The notes below the pieces were generated by a model. That model had not been told where the DNA came from, did not search any database, and was given only the letters and a program-made list of their open reading frames with translations. Positions 28,204 to 36,801 of a stretch of DNA of 64,000 bases are shown here, piece by piece. Origin of the DNA: Bacteroidales bacterium (GTDB lineage: Bacteria; Bacteroidota; Bacteroidia; Bacteroidales; WCHB1-69). Location of the stretch: positions 2,221 through 66,220 of the forward strand of contig JAFZXM010000018.1 in the NCBI GenBank assembly GCA_017616775.1, read 5' to 3'. The position numbers and the translations under genes are program-made. The first letter of the stretch is position 1. Each line of letters starts with the position of its first letter.

Positions 28204-29277
28204 ATGAACCCCTTAGATTCAGATAATAAAATTGTGCCACCGCTGTTGTCATACTCTTTGGTAGAAGATTTGCGGCAGATTATAGAGCAGGCACGTGGGC
28301 GAGTGGCCGCAACGGTCAACAGCGAACTAACTATGATGTACTGGCACATTGGCGAGCGCATCAACCGCGAAGTGCTTGGCAACCAACGAGCTGAGTACGG
28401 AAAGCAGATTGTCGCGACAGTGTCTCGACAATTGCAAGAAGAATATGGAAAGAAAGGATTTGAAGAGAGAACAATCCGCCGAATGATGCAGTTTGCGGAA
28501 ATCTTCCCCGACTTTCAAATTGTGTCAACACTGTTGTCAAAATTGTCGTGGTCTCATTTCTTAACAGTTATGACAATCAAAGACGAATTGCAACGTGAAT
28601 TTTATATTACGATGGCAGCATCGGAAAAATGGAGCGTGAGAACGCTTCAGGAGAAAATCGACGGTATGCTCTACGAGCGTACAGCCATCAGCAGCAAGCC
28701 CAATGCACTTATCAAGCAAGAACTTTCGCAACTGCGCGATGAAAATGTACTCTCGCCCGATTTGGTGTTCAAAAGCCCTTACTTCCTTGAATTCACAGGC
28801 TTGATAAGGAATGTACAGCGAGAAGAGTCTGGAAGACAGCCTTGTGGCTCATCTGGAGCAGTTCATCATTGAGTTGGGCAATGGCTTCAGTTTTGTCCCC
28901 GTCAGAAACGGATGATTATCGACGGGGAAGACTTTTATCTCGATTTGTTGTTCTATCATCGTCGTCTGCACCGACTCATTGCCATCGACTTGAAACTTGG
29001 CAGATTCAAGGCCAAATACAAGGGTCAGATGGAGCTTTACCTGCGTTGGCTGGAGCAAAACGAGATGGAGCCAGGCGAGGAAACACCGCTCGGCCTGTTG
29101 CTCTGCACTGAAGGCGGCGAAGAACAGATTGAACTGCTGCAACTTGACAAGTCTGGCATCAAGGTCGCCCAGTATATGACCGAACTGCCGCCAAGAGAGG
29201 TTCTGCTGCGTCAGATTCAAAAATCATTGGAATCAGCCAAACTTCGGATTGAAAATAAAATCAATGCCGAAGAATAA
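28204..29277 (+). pseudogene. DUF1016/YhcG-family PDDEXK nuclease gene with two compensating frameshifts
   Basis: The N-terminal part (TMMYWHIGERINREVLGNQRAEYGKQIVATVSRQL, SWSHF) and C-terminal part (IIDGEDFYLDLLFYHRRLHRLIAIDLKLGRFKAKYKGQMELYLRWL) are in the same frame. The stretch from about 28811 to 28899 (MYSEKSLEDSLVAHLEQFIIELGNGFSFVP) is readable only in the +1 frame. Confidence 0.85.
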
Positions 29278-29318
29278 TATTAATTGTTCATTGTAAATTG
29301 TTAATTGTTAAATTGCTT

Positions 29319-29517
29319 ATGTCCGAATACCAACGTTGAGCATCCCTTTCCCGAAAAGCTCCGAAAAATGGCTGGCAAGTGACAGACAAGGGCGGCGGCA
29401 TACTGCAGGATGCTGCCGAAAACCCGAGAAACCTTTATCAAATTAATAAAAACAAGAACTGCCACAGCCTCATTTATAACCGTGGCGTAACATTGAGTCT
29501 GGAATAAAAACAAACCG
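29319..29517 (+). pseudogene. hsdR: HsdR 5-prime stub B (about 65 codons, multiply frameshifted)
   Basis: ATGTCCGAATACC..AACGTTGAGCATCCCTTT repeats 28097-28137 with a 2-nt deletion. A shifted frame reads NGWQVTDKGGGILQDAAENPRNL, typical of HsdR N-terminal domains. Confidence 0.5.
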
Positions 29518-29551
29518 TTTTTTTATAACCGGCTCTAATGCCGCTTAAGCA

Positions 29552-30142
29552 TTACCTGCCTTGATACCTCTCCTCTATCACCTGCCAATCTATAATCTGC
29601 CAAAGGGCATTGAGATAATCGGGACGGCGGTTTTGCCAATCGAGATAATATGCATGTTCCCAAACGTCGAAGGTGAGCAGCGGTGTCAACCCTTTTTGAA
29701 CGGGATTGGCGGCATTGGCATATTGGGAAATATACAATTTGCCATCTGCACCGGCTTCCAGCCACACCCAACCGGAACCGAACAAGGCGGCTCCCGCCTG
29801 CACAAATTCCTTTTGGAAATTTTCAAAAGAACCGAACTGTCTGTCAATGGCTGCCGCCAAATCTCCCACAGGACGGGCATCGGAAGACGGTGCGGCAAAC
29901 TGCAGAAAATAGAGATTGTGATTCAAAATCTGCCCTGCATTGTTCTGCATGCCGCCGTCAGACTGGCGGACTATGTCTTCCAAATTCATGGATTCAAACG
30001 GAGTGCCTTCTGCCAATTTGTTCAAATTATTGACATATCCCTGCAAATGTCTGCCGTGATGATAGGCAATGGTTTGTTCGGAAATAACAGGTTCCAGAGC
30101 TTTTGCTCCGTAAGGTAATGTAAGTAATTCAAATTTTGCCAT
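29552..30142 (-). CDS. sodB: Fe/Mn superoxide dismutase
   Basis: MAKFELLTLPY, HHGRHL, DVWEHAYYLDWQNRRPDY. Start moved to 30142 because a -7 box at 30173-80 lies inside the longer ORF. Confidence 0.95.
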   Translation of the reverse strand: MAKFELLTLPYGAKALEPVISEQTIAYHHGRHLQGYVNNLNKLAEGTPFESMNLEDIVRQSDGGMQNNAGQILNHNLYFLQFAAPSSDARPVGDLAAAIDRQFGSFENFQKEFVQAGAALFGSGWVWLEAGADGKLYISQYANAANPVQKGLTPLLTFDVWEHAYYLDWQNRRPDYLNALWQIIDWQVIEERYQGR

Positions 30143-30172
30143 GGTAAAAAAAATTACATTCAACAATTGTAT

Positions 30173-30180
30173 CAAATATA
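30173..30180 (-). promoter_or_regulatory. -7 box TATATTTG (minus strand)
   Basis: Plus-strand CAAATATA lies 31 nt upstream of the corrected sod start. Confidence 0.5.
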
Positions 30181-30326
30181 ACGTTTTCATCCGCAGATTA
30201 TTGTGCTTTTATTAAAAAAATCCTTCTTTTGTCCATATCGCCCCGTTTTTTTTTGATGATCTGCTCCGATGATGCAATATATTTCACCAAAACACGTTTT
30301 ATAACATGTTTTAAACATCCGACACC

Positions 30327-31562
30327 ATGAACCGATTATTAGAGCGATTTTTACGATATATAAGTATGGACACACAGTCGTGTGAAACATCCGGCACCGT
30401 TCCGAGCACCAAGGCGCAGACGGCGTTTGCCGCCATGCTGGCAGAAGAATTGCAACAGGCAGGTCTGCAACAAATACACCTGTCTCCATATGGAATATTG
30501 ACGGCTACCCTGCCTGCCAACACGAACCGTCCGATTCCCCCCATAGGCTTCATTGCCCACATGGACACCTCCCCCGACTTTAGCGGAGCTGACGTACAAG
30601 CTCAAATACACCCCGATTACCGGGGTACCGACCTCGTATTGGGGAATCACATTGTGCTCAGCACCACTATGTTTCCGCAATTAAAACAATACACCGGCTA
30701 CACCATTATCACCACCGACGGCACTACGCTTCTGGGTGCTGACGATAAAGCCGGTATCGCAGAAATAATATACGCCATGGAATATTTAACGGCTCATCCT
30801 GAAATAGAACATGGAGACATACACATTGCCTTTACTCCTGATGAAGAAATAGGCAGGGGCGTTGACCATTTTGACCTTCCGGCCTTTAAAGCCCGCTACG
30901 CCTACACCGTTGATGGAGGTGGAGAAGGTGAATTTGAATATGAAAATTTCAATGCAGCACAGGCAGAAATAATGATACGGGGATGCAATGTGCACCCGGG
31001 GTCGGCAAAAGGCATTATGCTCAACTCACAGCTGATAGCCATGGAGCTGCAACAAATGCTTCCATCCCGACAGCGGCCCGAATTAACTGAGGACAGAGAA
31101 GGTTTTTTTCATCTGTGTCATATTAACGGCACCGTGGAATTATCCACCCTCTCGTATATTATCCGCGACCATGACAAAAACGAATTTGAACACAAAAAAC
31201 TATTGCTTCAACAATGCGTATATCAGCTTAATCAAAAATACGGGCAATGTATATCCTGCCAAATAAGCGACCAATATTACAACATGAAAGAGATAATAGA
31301 AAAAGTCCCTTTTATGGTGGATTTAGCCAAGCTATCCATCACGCAGGCAGGTGCCGTACCGCACATATTGCCCATTCGGGGAGGCACCGACGGCGCCCGC
31401 TTATCGTTTATGGGTCTGCCCTGCCCCAACCTGTTTACCGGCGGGCATAATTTCCATGGAAAATATGAATTTACAGTCTTGGAAAGCATGTACAAAGCAA
31501 GCATGACCATAGTCAATCTTGCCCGTAATTATGCTCTGGCGGATATTCCGGACCATATATGA
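30327..31562 (+). CDS. pepT: peptidase T (tripeptide aminopeptidase, M20B)
   Basis: LLERFLRYISMDTQS, FIAHMDTSPD, LGADDKAGIAEI, IRGGTDGA. Confidence 0.95.
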   Translation: MNRLLERFLRYISMDTQSCETSGTVPSTKAQTAFAAMLAEELQQAGLQQIHLSPYGILTATLPANTNRPIPPIGFIAHMDTSPDFSGADVQAQIHPDYRGTDLVLGNHIVLSTTMFPQLKQYTGYTIITTDGTTLLGADDKAGIAEIIYAMEYLTAHPEIEHGDIHIAFTPDEEIGRGVDHFDLPAFKARYAYTVDGGGEGEFEYENFNAAQAEIMIRGCNVHPGSAKGIMLNSQLIAMELQQMLPSRQRPELTEDREGFFHLCHINGTVELSTLSYIIRDHDKNEFEHKKLLLQQCVYQLNQKYGQCISCQISDQYYNMKEIIEKVPFMVDLAKLSITQAGAVPHILPIRGGTDGARLSFMGLPCPNLFTGGHNFHGKYEFTVLESMYKASMTIVNLARNYALADIPDHI

Positions 31563-31570
31563 GCCGATAC

Positions 31571-31597
31571 AAAAAAAGGGGTAGCAATAACTACCCC
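31571..31597 (-). terminator. rho-independent terminator (U-tract on the minus strand)
   Basis: 7-bp stem ggggtag (31578-84) / ctacccc (31591-97). The A7 run at 31571-77 gives a U-tract for the minus-strand gene ending at 31635. The hairpin also follows pepT. Confidence 0.6.
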
Positions 31598-31634
31598 AAG
31601 CATTTAAAATTTTGTTCTATGAAAAAAAACGTAT

Positions 31635-32324
31635 TTACTTCTTTATTACTTTTCTGGTAATGATTTTGTTTCCTTCCGCAATTCTAAGCATATATATTCC
31701 GGCAGGAAGTGCACTCATATCTATATTGTTATCTGTGGTTTCAGCTATAATGCAATTACCCAATATATCATATAACGAAGCTTTGGATTGAGCCGTTAAA
31801 CCTCCAATGTACAATTTGTTCATCACAGGATTGGGATATACACTTATATTCTTCATTTGCGATTCGGCTATGCCGACCGTGGTGCGATAGGCCAATACTA
31901 TGGATACAGCGTCGTCGGCATCGTTGGCATTGCTGAAAGTATAGCGCACATAAGAGGTGCCTCTGCCTGAATTCAACAGATATTCAGCTTGAAAATCCAA
32001 AGACTCGTTGGCAGACATTTCCCTTGGATCACTAACATATACCGAAGAACTGACGCATTCTCCCCAACAAAAATAAACATTCGAACCGGGAACGGTATCC
32101 AAAATGGTTTTGGTAACTATTACATCTATTGATTCTTCTGTGGTGTTTTCCACATATAACCAATAAGAATGATCTATTCCATATGTAGTATAGTCTATTG
32201 TAATGGTATCTGCATTCACTTCTCCTGCTTTTACATAATTTTCGGAAAAATACAATTTCACCGATTGAGCAGACAACACACTGTTAATTAACAATAATGC
32301 AATAAATAAAGATATTTTTCTCAT
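31635..32324 (-). CDS. secreted protein with canonical C-terminal T9SS sorting domain (229 aa)
   Basis: Signal peptide MRKISLFIALLLINSVLSAQS. C-terminus ISVYPNPVMNKLYIGG...ASLYDILGNCI...LPAGIYMLRI...RKVIKK. Start moved to 32324 because a -7 box at 32353-60 lies inside the longer ORF. Confidence 0.75.
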   Translation of the reverse strand: MRKISLFIALLLINSVLSAQSVKLYFSENYVKAGEVNADTITIDYTTYGIDHSYWLYVENTTEESIDVIVTKTILDTVPGSNVYFCWGECVSSSVYVSDPREMSANESLDFQAEYLLNSGRGTSYVRYTFSNANDADDAVSIVLAYRTTVGIAESQMKNISVYPNPVMNKLYIGGLTAQSKASLYDILGNCIIAETTDNNIDMSALPAGIYMLRIAEGNKIITRKVIKK

Positions 32325-32352
32325 CTTGCTTTTATTTATAATGATTTTTTTG

Positions 32353-32360
32353 CAAAGATA
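32353..32360 (-). promoter_or_regulatory. -7 box TATCTTTG (minus strand)
   Basis: Plus-strand CAAAGATA lies 29 nt upstream of the corrected start. Confidence 0.55.
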
Positions 32361-32503
32361 ATAAATATTTGTAAATACAAACATTATATAAGCAAAAAAT
32401 TTACAACAAATATTTTCAAAATTTAGCAACATGCTTATTTTCAATTATATACATACAATTATTGCAAATACCGGCATTGTACGGCAAGTATAAAAAAAAA
32501 TGC

Positions 32504-32511
32504 TACCTTTG
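32504..32511 (+). promoter_or_regulatory. -7 box TACCTTTG for the nusB operon
   Basis: Lies 21 nt upstream of the ATG at 32532. Confidence 0.55.
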
Positions 32512-32531
32512 CACACAATAATTCATACACC

Positions 32532-33497
32532 ATGATAGGAAGAAATTTCGTTAGAGTAAAAGTATTGCAAGCCATATATGCATACGAAGCGTCCGGTTGC
32601 CAAAAGCAATCGCTTGCTTTGAAGAATTTACTCAAAGAATTTGATGAAAATTATGAATTATACATTCTGCTTTTGTCCATGTTCGGTAATCTCACCGCCA
32701 TGGCACAAGAGATTATTGACAATAAAAAACGGAAATTTATTCCTACCCAAGATGATTTAAAGCCCAATTCAAAATTTGTAAACAATCAATTCATCCAATT
32801 GCTGGATGCCAATCCGAGTCTGCAGCAACACCTTGCAGACATCAATAATCCGTGGGCAAACGATGTGGCTCAAGTGTTCATCCGAAAAATATACGATATG
32901 CTGAGCAACCATGATATTTATATCAATTATATGCAATCGGATGAATCTTCTTTTAAAGAAGACAAACAATTTGTGCTCAACATTGTAGAGCATTTCATAT
33001 TGGACAATGACACTTTGATGCACTATTTCGGGGATATCAAATTACATTGGTTTCACGATTTCAACGATATTGTATTGTTGGTTTACAAAACATTAAGCAG
33101 CTTCACTAAAGAACATGCTACCGATTTTACTTTACCGCCCATGTTTAAGATAGACCTTGACGGGCAAAGTGAAGACAAACAATTTTTGATTGACCTTTTT
33201 AACAAGACCATACTTCACAAAGAAGAGCACCTTCGCATCATATCCGACAATATCCGCAATTGGGAGATGGAACGTATTGCCGCCATAGACCTTATTCTTT
33301 TGGAAATGGCCATATGTGAATTCTGCGAATTTCCGTCTATTCCATTGCGCGTTACGCTCAATGAATACATAGAATTGGCTAAATATTACAGCACCCCGAA
33401 AAGCAAAAATTTCATCAACGGTTTATTGGACAATATTCTCGGCATACTTAAAGCAGAGGGTAAAATTCACAAACAAGGTCGTGGTTTAATGGGATAG
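32532..33497 (+). CDS. nusB: transcription antitermination factor NusB (long Bacteroidota form)
   Basis: RVKVLQAIYAYE at the N-terminus. C-terminal ERIAAIDLILLEMAICEF..IP..VTLNEYIELAKYYSTPKSKNFINGLLD. Confidence 0.85.
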   Translation: MIGRNFVRVKVLQAIYAYEASGCQKQSLALKNLLKEFDENYELYILLLSMFGNLTAMAQEIIDNKKRKFIPTQDDLKPNSKFVNNQFIQLLDANPSLQQHLADINNPWANDVAQVFIRKIYDMLSNHDIYINYMQSDESSFKEDKQFVLNIVEHFILDNDTLMHYFGDIKLHWFHDFNDIVLLVYKTLSSFTKEHATDFTLPPMFKIDLDGQSEDKQFLIDLFNKTILHKEEHLRIISDNIRNWEMERIAAIDLILLEMAICEFCEFPSIPLRVTLNEYIELAKYYSTPKSKNFINGLLDNILGILKAEGKIHKQGRGLMG

Positions 33498-33504
33498 CAT
33501 TACT

Positions 33505-34833
33505 ATGACCAAGCATTGTTGTTCTCTATTACTTTTAACGGTTTTGTGCCTGTTTCCGCATATCGGCAATGCGCAATCCAATTCCGTTGCAGACAGTTTG
33601 TTTTCCAAACAACTCAAAAACATTTCATCCGGCATTCCTCTTACCTACCATTCCGCTCTTAACGCTTATATTTATGCCTACACTAACGATAAAAAAGGGT
33701 CTTCCTGCACATTAGGCGCATTTTTTTTCTATGCCCCTTTTATCGATTCTCTTCTCAACAGCAAAAATTTACCTGCAGAATTCAAATATTTACCATTAGC
33801 CTTGAGCCGTATGGATGCATGGCATTGCGGGGATTGGAATCGAAAAGGATATTGGAGCCTGCCTTATTTGACAGCCATACGTTACGGGCTGACTGTTAAC
33901 GACAGCATAGACGAACGCCACGACATACGAAAATCCTCCATTGCCGCCATACGCTGCTTGCAACACATGTATGAATCGGACAACAACATATGGAATGTCA
34001 TCATTGCCTATGCCAACAGTTGGCAACAATTGCATCAGGCCCGTGCCATCACCTCCGACAGCGCTCAAATATGGGATATCTACTCCTCCTCCGCATTGGA
34101 CAACAAAGCAATTATTCCTCAATGGATAGCTGCAGTGTATATCTCACATTATTACAGTTTTCATAATATTTTCCCTCTTTCTCCATTACATCCCTGCGAA
34201 GAAACGGTACCGCTAAAATATCCGTGTTCCCGATCGCATTTTTGCGAATGCTTGGGCCTCAGCCCCGCTCAATTCCGCACACTCAACCCCTGTATGGTGA
34301 ATGATTACATTCCCACCTGTTATCCTTTGCACCTGTCATGCGACAAAGCGGACTTATTTTATGCCAAAGGCGACAGCATATATTTACTTTCCGGCGATAC
34401 TATGTTATTGTCCGATACCGCTATGATATCGGATACTTCCAAAGTAGAAAATGCTCTTGCCGATAATACTACTACCATTAAACCCGTCAACAATTCCAAA
34501 AATTCCACCCCTATCCAAGCTCAAAGTTTTACCTATACCATTCAATCGGGGGATGTATTGGGTACTATTGCAAAAAAATACAATACTACCGTATCCAATA
34601 TTAAAAATTGGAACCATTTGAAAAACGACAAGATATATGCCGGACAGAAATTGACTATCTATCTCAATGCCAAAAGCGACAGTCATCACGCAACCCATAC
34701 TTACACCGTAAAAAAAGGAGATACGCTCACTTCCATTGCCCGAAAACACAATACTACGGTTGAAAAACTCAAACAGCTTAACCGGCTCACCGGCGACCGT
34801 ATTGATATAGGTCAGAAATTACTCATCCAATAA
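33505..34833 (+). CDS. secreted LysM-domain protein (MltD-like)
   Basis: Signal peptide. Two C-terminal LysM repeats: YTIQSGDVLGTIAKKYNTTVSNIKNWNHL...GQKLTI and YTVKKGDTLTSIARKHNTTVEKLKQLNRL...GQKLLI. Confidence 0.8.
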   Translation: MTKHCCSLLLLTVLCLFPHIGNAQSNSVADSLFSKQLKNISSGIPLTYHSALNAYIYAYTNDKKGSSCTLGAFFFYAPFIDSLLNSKNLPAEFKYLPLALSRMDAWHCGDWNRKGYWSLPYLTAIRYGLTVNDSIDERHDIRKSSIAAIRCLQHMYESDNNIWNVIIAYANSWQQLHQARAITSDSAQIWDIYSSSALDNKAIIPQWIAAVYISHYYSFHNIFPLSPLHPCEETVPLKYPCSRSHFCECLGLSPAQFRTLNPCMVNDYIPTCYPLHLSCDKADLFYAKGDSIYLLSGDTMLLSDTAMISDTSKVENALADNTTTIKPVNNSKNSTPIQAQSFTYTIQSGDVLGTIAKKYNTTVSNIKNWNHLKNDKIYAGQKLTIYLNAKSDSHHATHTYTVKKGDTLTSIARKHNTTVEKLKQLNRLTGDRIDIGQKLLIQ

Positions 34834-34840
34834 TATTATT

Positions 34841-35422
34841 ATGCGTACCATATTCAAACCCGGAACCATGCTCTACCCTATTCCCGCCGTGATGGTATCG
34901 TGCGGCAATGCCACAGACGGTTACAATATCATCACCATAGCATGGACGGGCACCATATGTTCCGACCCCGCCATGTGTTATATTTCGGTGAGGCCGAATC
35001 GTTATTCCCATGATATCATCAAGCAAAACGGAGATTTTTTTATCAACCTTGTCAATCGCGACTTGGCACAAGCCGCCGACTGGTGCGGAGTAAAGTCCGG
35101 CCGGGATGTCAATAAATTTCAAGCCATGCATCTCACCCCTGTCCATTTTGACGGTATGAATGCCCCCTATATCAAAGAATCTCCTCTGAGTATCGCCTGC
35201 AAAGTGCAGCAAATTATAGAATTGGGCAGTCACGACATGTTCATTGCACAGGTAACTCATGTTTTGGCCGACAATCAATATATGGACCCCCGCACCGATA
35301 AATTCCGCCTTGAAGATGCCGATCTGATTGCCTATAACCACGGAAGTTATTGCTTGTTAGGCAAAAAAATAGGCAAATTCGGTTGGAGCGTGGAAAAGAA
35401 AAAGAAAGCAAAAAAAAGTTAA
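34841..35422 (+). CDS. flavin reductase-like (FMN-binding split-barrel) protein
   Basis: PIPAVMVSCG......NIITIAWTG and GVKSGRDVNKF are typical of the flavin reductase domain. Confidence 0.75.
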   Translation: MRTIFKPGTMLYPIPAVMVSCGNATDGYNIITIAWTGTICSDPAMCYISVRPNRYSHDIIKQNGDFFINLVNRDLAQAADWCGVKSGRDVNKFQAMHLTPVHFDGMNAPYIKESPLSIACKVQQIIELGSHDMFIAQVTHVLADNQYMDPRTDKFRLEDADLIAYNHGSYCLLGKKIGKFGWSVEKKKKAKKS

Positions 35423-35480
35423 GACACCCATGATGTGAATCTTTGGTGGGCATAGTGTAAAATCTTTAGAAAAAAAGTGT

Positions 35481-35488
35481 TATCTTTG
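35481..35488 (+). promoter_or_regulatory. -7 box TATCTTTG
   Basis: Lies 16 nt upstream of the ATG at 35504. Confidence 0.55.
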
Positions 35489-35503
35489 TAAAAATTATAA
35501 GTT

Positions 35504-36595
35504 ATGAGAAAAATATTTCAAATAAAAACATTATCATTAGTAGCAGTTACAATAGGATTATTACTATTAAATTCTTGTAAAAAAGAGTTTGTCATTACCG
35601 TACAAAGTAACAATGAATCATGGGGAATTGTAAAAGGCGGCGGCACCTATGCCAAAGGAACGATAATTTCCATTGAAGCAATAGCCAATACCGGTTATAA
35701 ATTTGTATCATGGCAGGACGGCAATACTGACAATCCGCGTACTATTACGGTGAAAACTAATGAGACATACACAGCAACTTTTGCAGGTGAAGGCGGCGGT
35801 GCAGCGGTTTTCTCTGTTTCTGCAAAGCAGAAAGTATTTTTCTCTCCCGGCAATTTGGAATACAGTACCATGGGGAGTCATGCTGTGGCAGGGGGAGGTA
35901 CAGCAACAGGCACATGGCGTTTTGCTCCCAACCAGTGGGAAATAATCGGAGTTGATAATAAACATATATCATCTACTTATACCGGTTGGATAGATTTGTT
36001 CGGTTGGGGCACCAGCGGGTATGATAATAAATATCCTTATATGACCAGCACAACACATTCAGATTATGGCAATGGAGAGAATGATATAGCAGGGACTAAT
36101 TACGATTGGGGAGTTTATAATGCTATTTTTAATCCTCAAACTAATACTACTGACGCACCGGGAACATGGCGTACGTTGACCGTAGAAGAATGGGTATATT
36201 TGTTGGAAACGCGAGAAACTTCATCCGGAATACGTTATGCAAAATCGCAAGTGAATGGTGTGAACGGTGTGATTATTGTTCCTGACAACTGGAATAGTTC
36301 TATATATGTTTTGGATAGTATCAACACAACTACTGCAACATGGATGTCAAATGTTATCAATGCCGGCAATTGGGCAAAGATAGAGGCTACAGGTTGTGTC
36401 TTCCTTCCTGCTGCCGGCTTCCGCGATGGGACTTCGGTTGAAGATGTAGGTTCTTACGGCGGCTATTGGTCGACTGCGTTTAACAATAGCTACTACCCAT
36501 ACTACTTGCGCTTTGATTTGAGCAGTTTTTACCCCTCGTACTACTGTGGACGCTTCTATGGTCAATCTGTCCGCTTGGTTCGCTCCGCTGAATAG
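35504..36595 (+). CDS. lipoprotein: Listeria-Bacteroides-repeat-like domain plus one FISUMP/DUF1566-like lectin-type domain (fourth member of the 53.7-63.4 kb family)
   Basis: Lipobox LLLNSC|KK. aa 30-93 read ITVQSNN..GIVKGGGTY..GT.ISIEA.ANTGYKFVSWQDG. aa 101-363 (35804-36592) are collinear with the X domains of the giant genes (VFSVSA..FSPGNL, TGWIDLFGWGTSGY, NYDWGVYNAI, PGTWRTLT.EEW.YLL, CVFLPAAG, GGYWS, SVRLVRS). Confidence 0.8.
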   Translation: MRKIFQIKTLSLVAVTIGLLLLNSCKKEFVITVQSNNESWGIVKGGGTYAKGTIISIEAIANTGYKFVSWQDGNTDNPRTITVKTNETYTATFAGEGGGAAVFSVSAKQKVFFSPGNLEYSTMGSHAVAGGGTATGTWRFAPNQWEIIGVDNKHISSTYTGWIDLFGWGTSGYDNKYPYMTSTTHSDYGNGENDIAGTNYDWGVYNAIFNPQTNTTDAPGTWRTLTVEEWVYLLETRETSSGIRYAKSQVNGVNGVIIVPDNWNSSIYVLDSINTTTATWMSNVINAGNWAKIEATGCVFLPAAGFRDGTSVEDVGSYGGYWSTAFNNSYYPYYLRFDLSSFYPSYYCGRFYGQSVRLVRSAE

Positions 36596-36618
36596 TTCAT
36601 CCCTTTGGCAGAAAGTGG

Positions 36619-36685
36619 CGGAATGTCAGGCGATGAGGGCAAACCGCTGTGAGCGGCACGCCCGATACAACAGACATTCCGTGCC
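36619..36685. other. GC-rich structured intergenic element (nested inverted repeats)
   Basis: cggaatgtc (36619-27) pairs with gacattccg (36673-81). Inner stem is ccgct/agcgg (36644-56). An alternative pairing is ggcac (36655-59) / gtgcc (36681-85). No coding frame. Sits in otherwise AT-rich intergenic DNA. Confidence 0.25.
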
Positions 36686-36736
36686 GAAAGATGCCGGCCT
36701 TATTGTGTAGGAAACAACAAAATAGCATATATTTAT

Positions 36737-36766
36737 AAACAAGGCATTATTGCCTTGTTTTTTTTG
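36737..36766. terminator. rho-independent terminator between convergent genes
   Basis: Stem acaaggca (36739-46) / tgccttgt (36751-58), loop ttat, then a T8 run. Confidence 0.75.
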
Positions 36767-36801
36767 TAAATTGTCTTATCAAACACTTGTTGATAAGAGT
36801 T

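Noticed and set aside
28849-29220. A 123-aa minus-strand ORF and small plus-strand ORFs (28842..29111, 28997..29179) overlap the DUF1016 region.
   Set aside because: The region is explained by the frameshifted DUF1016 gene, whose conserved motifs read in the plus-strand frames. The overlapping ORFs have no motifs.
29281-29316. A reiterated AATTGTT motif (taattgttcattgtaaattgttaattgttaaattgc) lies between the DUF1016 gene and the second hsdR stub.
   Set aside because: It is short, AT-rich low-complexity sequence. No inverted-repeat partner or associated recombinase exists. The evidence for a recombination site is insufficient.
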